Shown here piece after piece: positions 61,973 through 64,000 of a DNA stretch of 64,000 bases. A model generated the notes under the pieces. It worked only from the letters and a program-made list of their open reading frames with translations, did no database searches and was not told where the DNA came from. Numbering within the stretch: the first letter of the stretch is position 1; every line of letters begins with the position of its first letter. The translations under genes were made by a program, and so were the position numbers. The DNA is from Nitrospirota bacterium (lineage in GTDB: Bacteria > Nitrospirota > Thermodesulfovibrionia > UBA6902), in contig JBDLIC010000005.1 of the NCBI GenBank assembly GCA_039715075.1, positions 202 through 64,201 on the forward strand, written 5' to 3'.

Positions 61973-64000
61973 ATGGGATTCCTGGATGACATAAGGCATG
62001 ATTTTAAAACGGTTTTCGAAATGGATCCGGCTGCCAGGAACAGATTTGAAGTGGCCCTTTCATATTCCGGGTTTCATGCGATTTTTTTCTACAGGCTGAA
62101 TAATTTAATATTGAAAGCCGGTGTCCCCTTTTTCCCCCGTTTTCTATCCCAGATCGCCAAAGTGATAACAGGGATAGAGATCCATCCAGGCGCAAAAATA
62201 GGCAAGGGATTATTTATTGACCACGGGATGGGTGTAGTGATTGGCGAGACTTCCGAGATCGGGGAAAATGTGCTTATCTATCAGGGCGTTACACTTGGAG
62301 GGACCGGAAAGGAAAAAGGGAAAAGACATCCTACCCTTGGGAACAATGTAGTTGTTGGTGCAGGTTCGAAGGTTCTGGGAGCTATTACCATAGGTGATAA
62401 TGTTAAAATTGGCGCTAACTCGGTTGTACTTCATGATGTGCCGAAGAATTCCATTGTCGTTGGTGTCCCGGGAAGGGTCATAAAAAAGAGGGTTGTAAAA
62501 ATATTTGAAGACGGGCCTGTCGAGATGCTCGATCATGTGCACATACCTGACCCGCTTGAGGAAAAATTCGAGGAATTTAAGACACATATAAATGAACTTG
62601 AAAGGAGAATAAGCAGCTTGGAAGGCAAGGGTGAAACGATAAAGGTTTATAACACGATGAGCGGGAAAAAGGAGGAGTTTATTCCTGTTGAGAGCGGAAA
62701 AGTAAAGATGTATGTCTGCGGGATAACTGCTTATGATGTATGCCATCTCGGGCATGCGCGCAGTGCAATAGTTTTTGACATTATTAAAAGATACTTCAGG
62801 TACAGGGGTTTTGAAGTGACCCATGTGAGGAATATTACTGATATTGATGACAAGATCATAGCCCGTGCTGCCAAAGAAAATATTTCAACGGAAGAAGTAG
62901 CAAAAAAATATACCGAAGATTATTACAGTGACATGGAGCTTCTAGGGGTAAGCAGTGCGGACATTGAGCCTGATGCTACCCATCATATCAAAGAGATGAT
63001 AGATACCATTCAGGTCCTGATTGACAAGGGATATGCCTATCCTGTTGACGGTGATGTTTATTATGAGGTCAGTAAGTTTGCCGAATACGGAAAGCTCTCG
63101 AAAAAGAATGTGAAAGATCTGATATCCGGCGCAAGGGTAGATGTTGATGAAAGGAAAAAGAGCCCTCTTGATTTTGCCCTCTGGAAATCTTCAAAAGAGG
63201 GGGAGCCTTTCTGGGAGAGCCCATGGGGCAACGGAAGGCCGGGGTGGCATATAGAGTGCACGGCAATGTCGTCAAAATACCTCGGCAACAGCTTTGATAT
63301 CCACGGAGGAGGGGCGGACCTTATTTTCCCTCACCACGAAAACGAGATAGCACAGAGCGAAGCGCAGTCGGGGGAACAGTTTGTAAAGTACTGGATGCAT
63401 AACGGGTTCATAACTGTTGACAAGGAGAAGATGTCCAAGTCCCTCGGGAACTTTTTTACGATCAAGGAGATTCTAAATAAATACGAGCCTGAGGTGGTGA
63501 GATATTTTCTGCTTTCAGCCCATTACAGAAGCCCCATAGAATTTTCTGATGTTCATCTGAATGAGGCCGAACTTTCGATTGACAGGTATTATACGACGGT
63601 CATCAGAATCGATGATTTCCTTGACACCACGGGGAAAAAGGAGAAGATTGATTCATCCGAATAGCTTGAAAAACTGCTTGCATTATTGAAAGATAAATTT
63701 CACGCTGCAATGGATGACGACTTTAACACAGCTCTGGCACTGGGGCATATTTTTGAGATTATCCGCGAAGTAAACAGGTTTCTTGATTCAAAACCCTCAG
63801 GGCAAAAGGCAAAGGAACTGGTGGTCCGGACGAATGAAATGCTTGCTGAAATAGGCGGTGTTCTCAATATCTTCAACAAGACCCCCGGAGAGTGGTACAG
63901 CGCCCTCATGAAGGTGAAAAAGATAGATCTTACGGAAGATGACCTCCAGAAAAAGATCGTCGAGCGACAGGAAGCCCGCGAAGCAAAGGACTGGGGTGCT
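61973..64000 (+). CDS. cysS: fused serine O-acetyltransferase (CysE) / cysteine-tRNA ligase (CysRS); in-frame TAG at 63662-63664; runs off the window end
   Basis: CysE: [26 protein letters not shown]; CysRS: [31 protein letters not shown]; frame stays open 112 codons after TAG with AMDDDFNT and ERQEAR.AKDW. Confidence 0.9.

Overview
Bacterial chromosomal window, gene-dense and moderate in GC. The CysE-CysRS fusion, large multiheme cytochromes, two-CW protein and many short GC-rich palindromes suggest an anaerobic Gram-negative sediment organism, possibly Nitrospirota/Thermodesulfovibrionia-like (inference, not tested). Housekeeping genes include dinG-like, sixA, rmuC, dgt, ihfA-merR-tRNA-Pro(GGG), rsmE, ilvA, rimP-nusA-recG, pilD, copA, yajQ and cysE-cysS. 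Four observations stand out. (1) An FKBP PPIase, an NHL-propeller surface protein and a 2099-aa multiheme cytochrome form one locus; the cytochrome has 16 CXXCH plus 1 CX4CH motifs interleaved with Ig-like and other beta inserts, then LamG-like domains, and is a candidate extracellular electron-transfer system. (2) A four-gene signalling operon pairs an SSS-transporter/histidine kinase and a lone receiver with a membrane HAMP-PAS-pseudokinase-DEDDh exonuclease and has no DNA-binding output. (3) A single in-frame TAG interrupts the otherwise intact cysE-cysS fusion just before the anticodon-binding domain. (4) Several small repeat and mobile elements interact with genes: a RAYT with long terminal inverted repeats, a MITE that supplies a stop codon, and a heptamer array inside copA. 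No CRISPR array or rRNA was seen. All family assignments come from motif recognition by eye, not from database searches.
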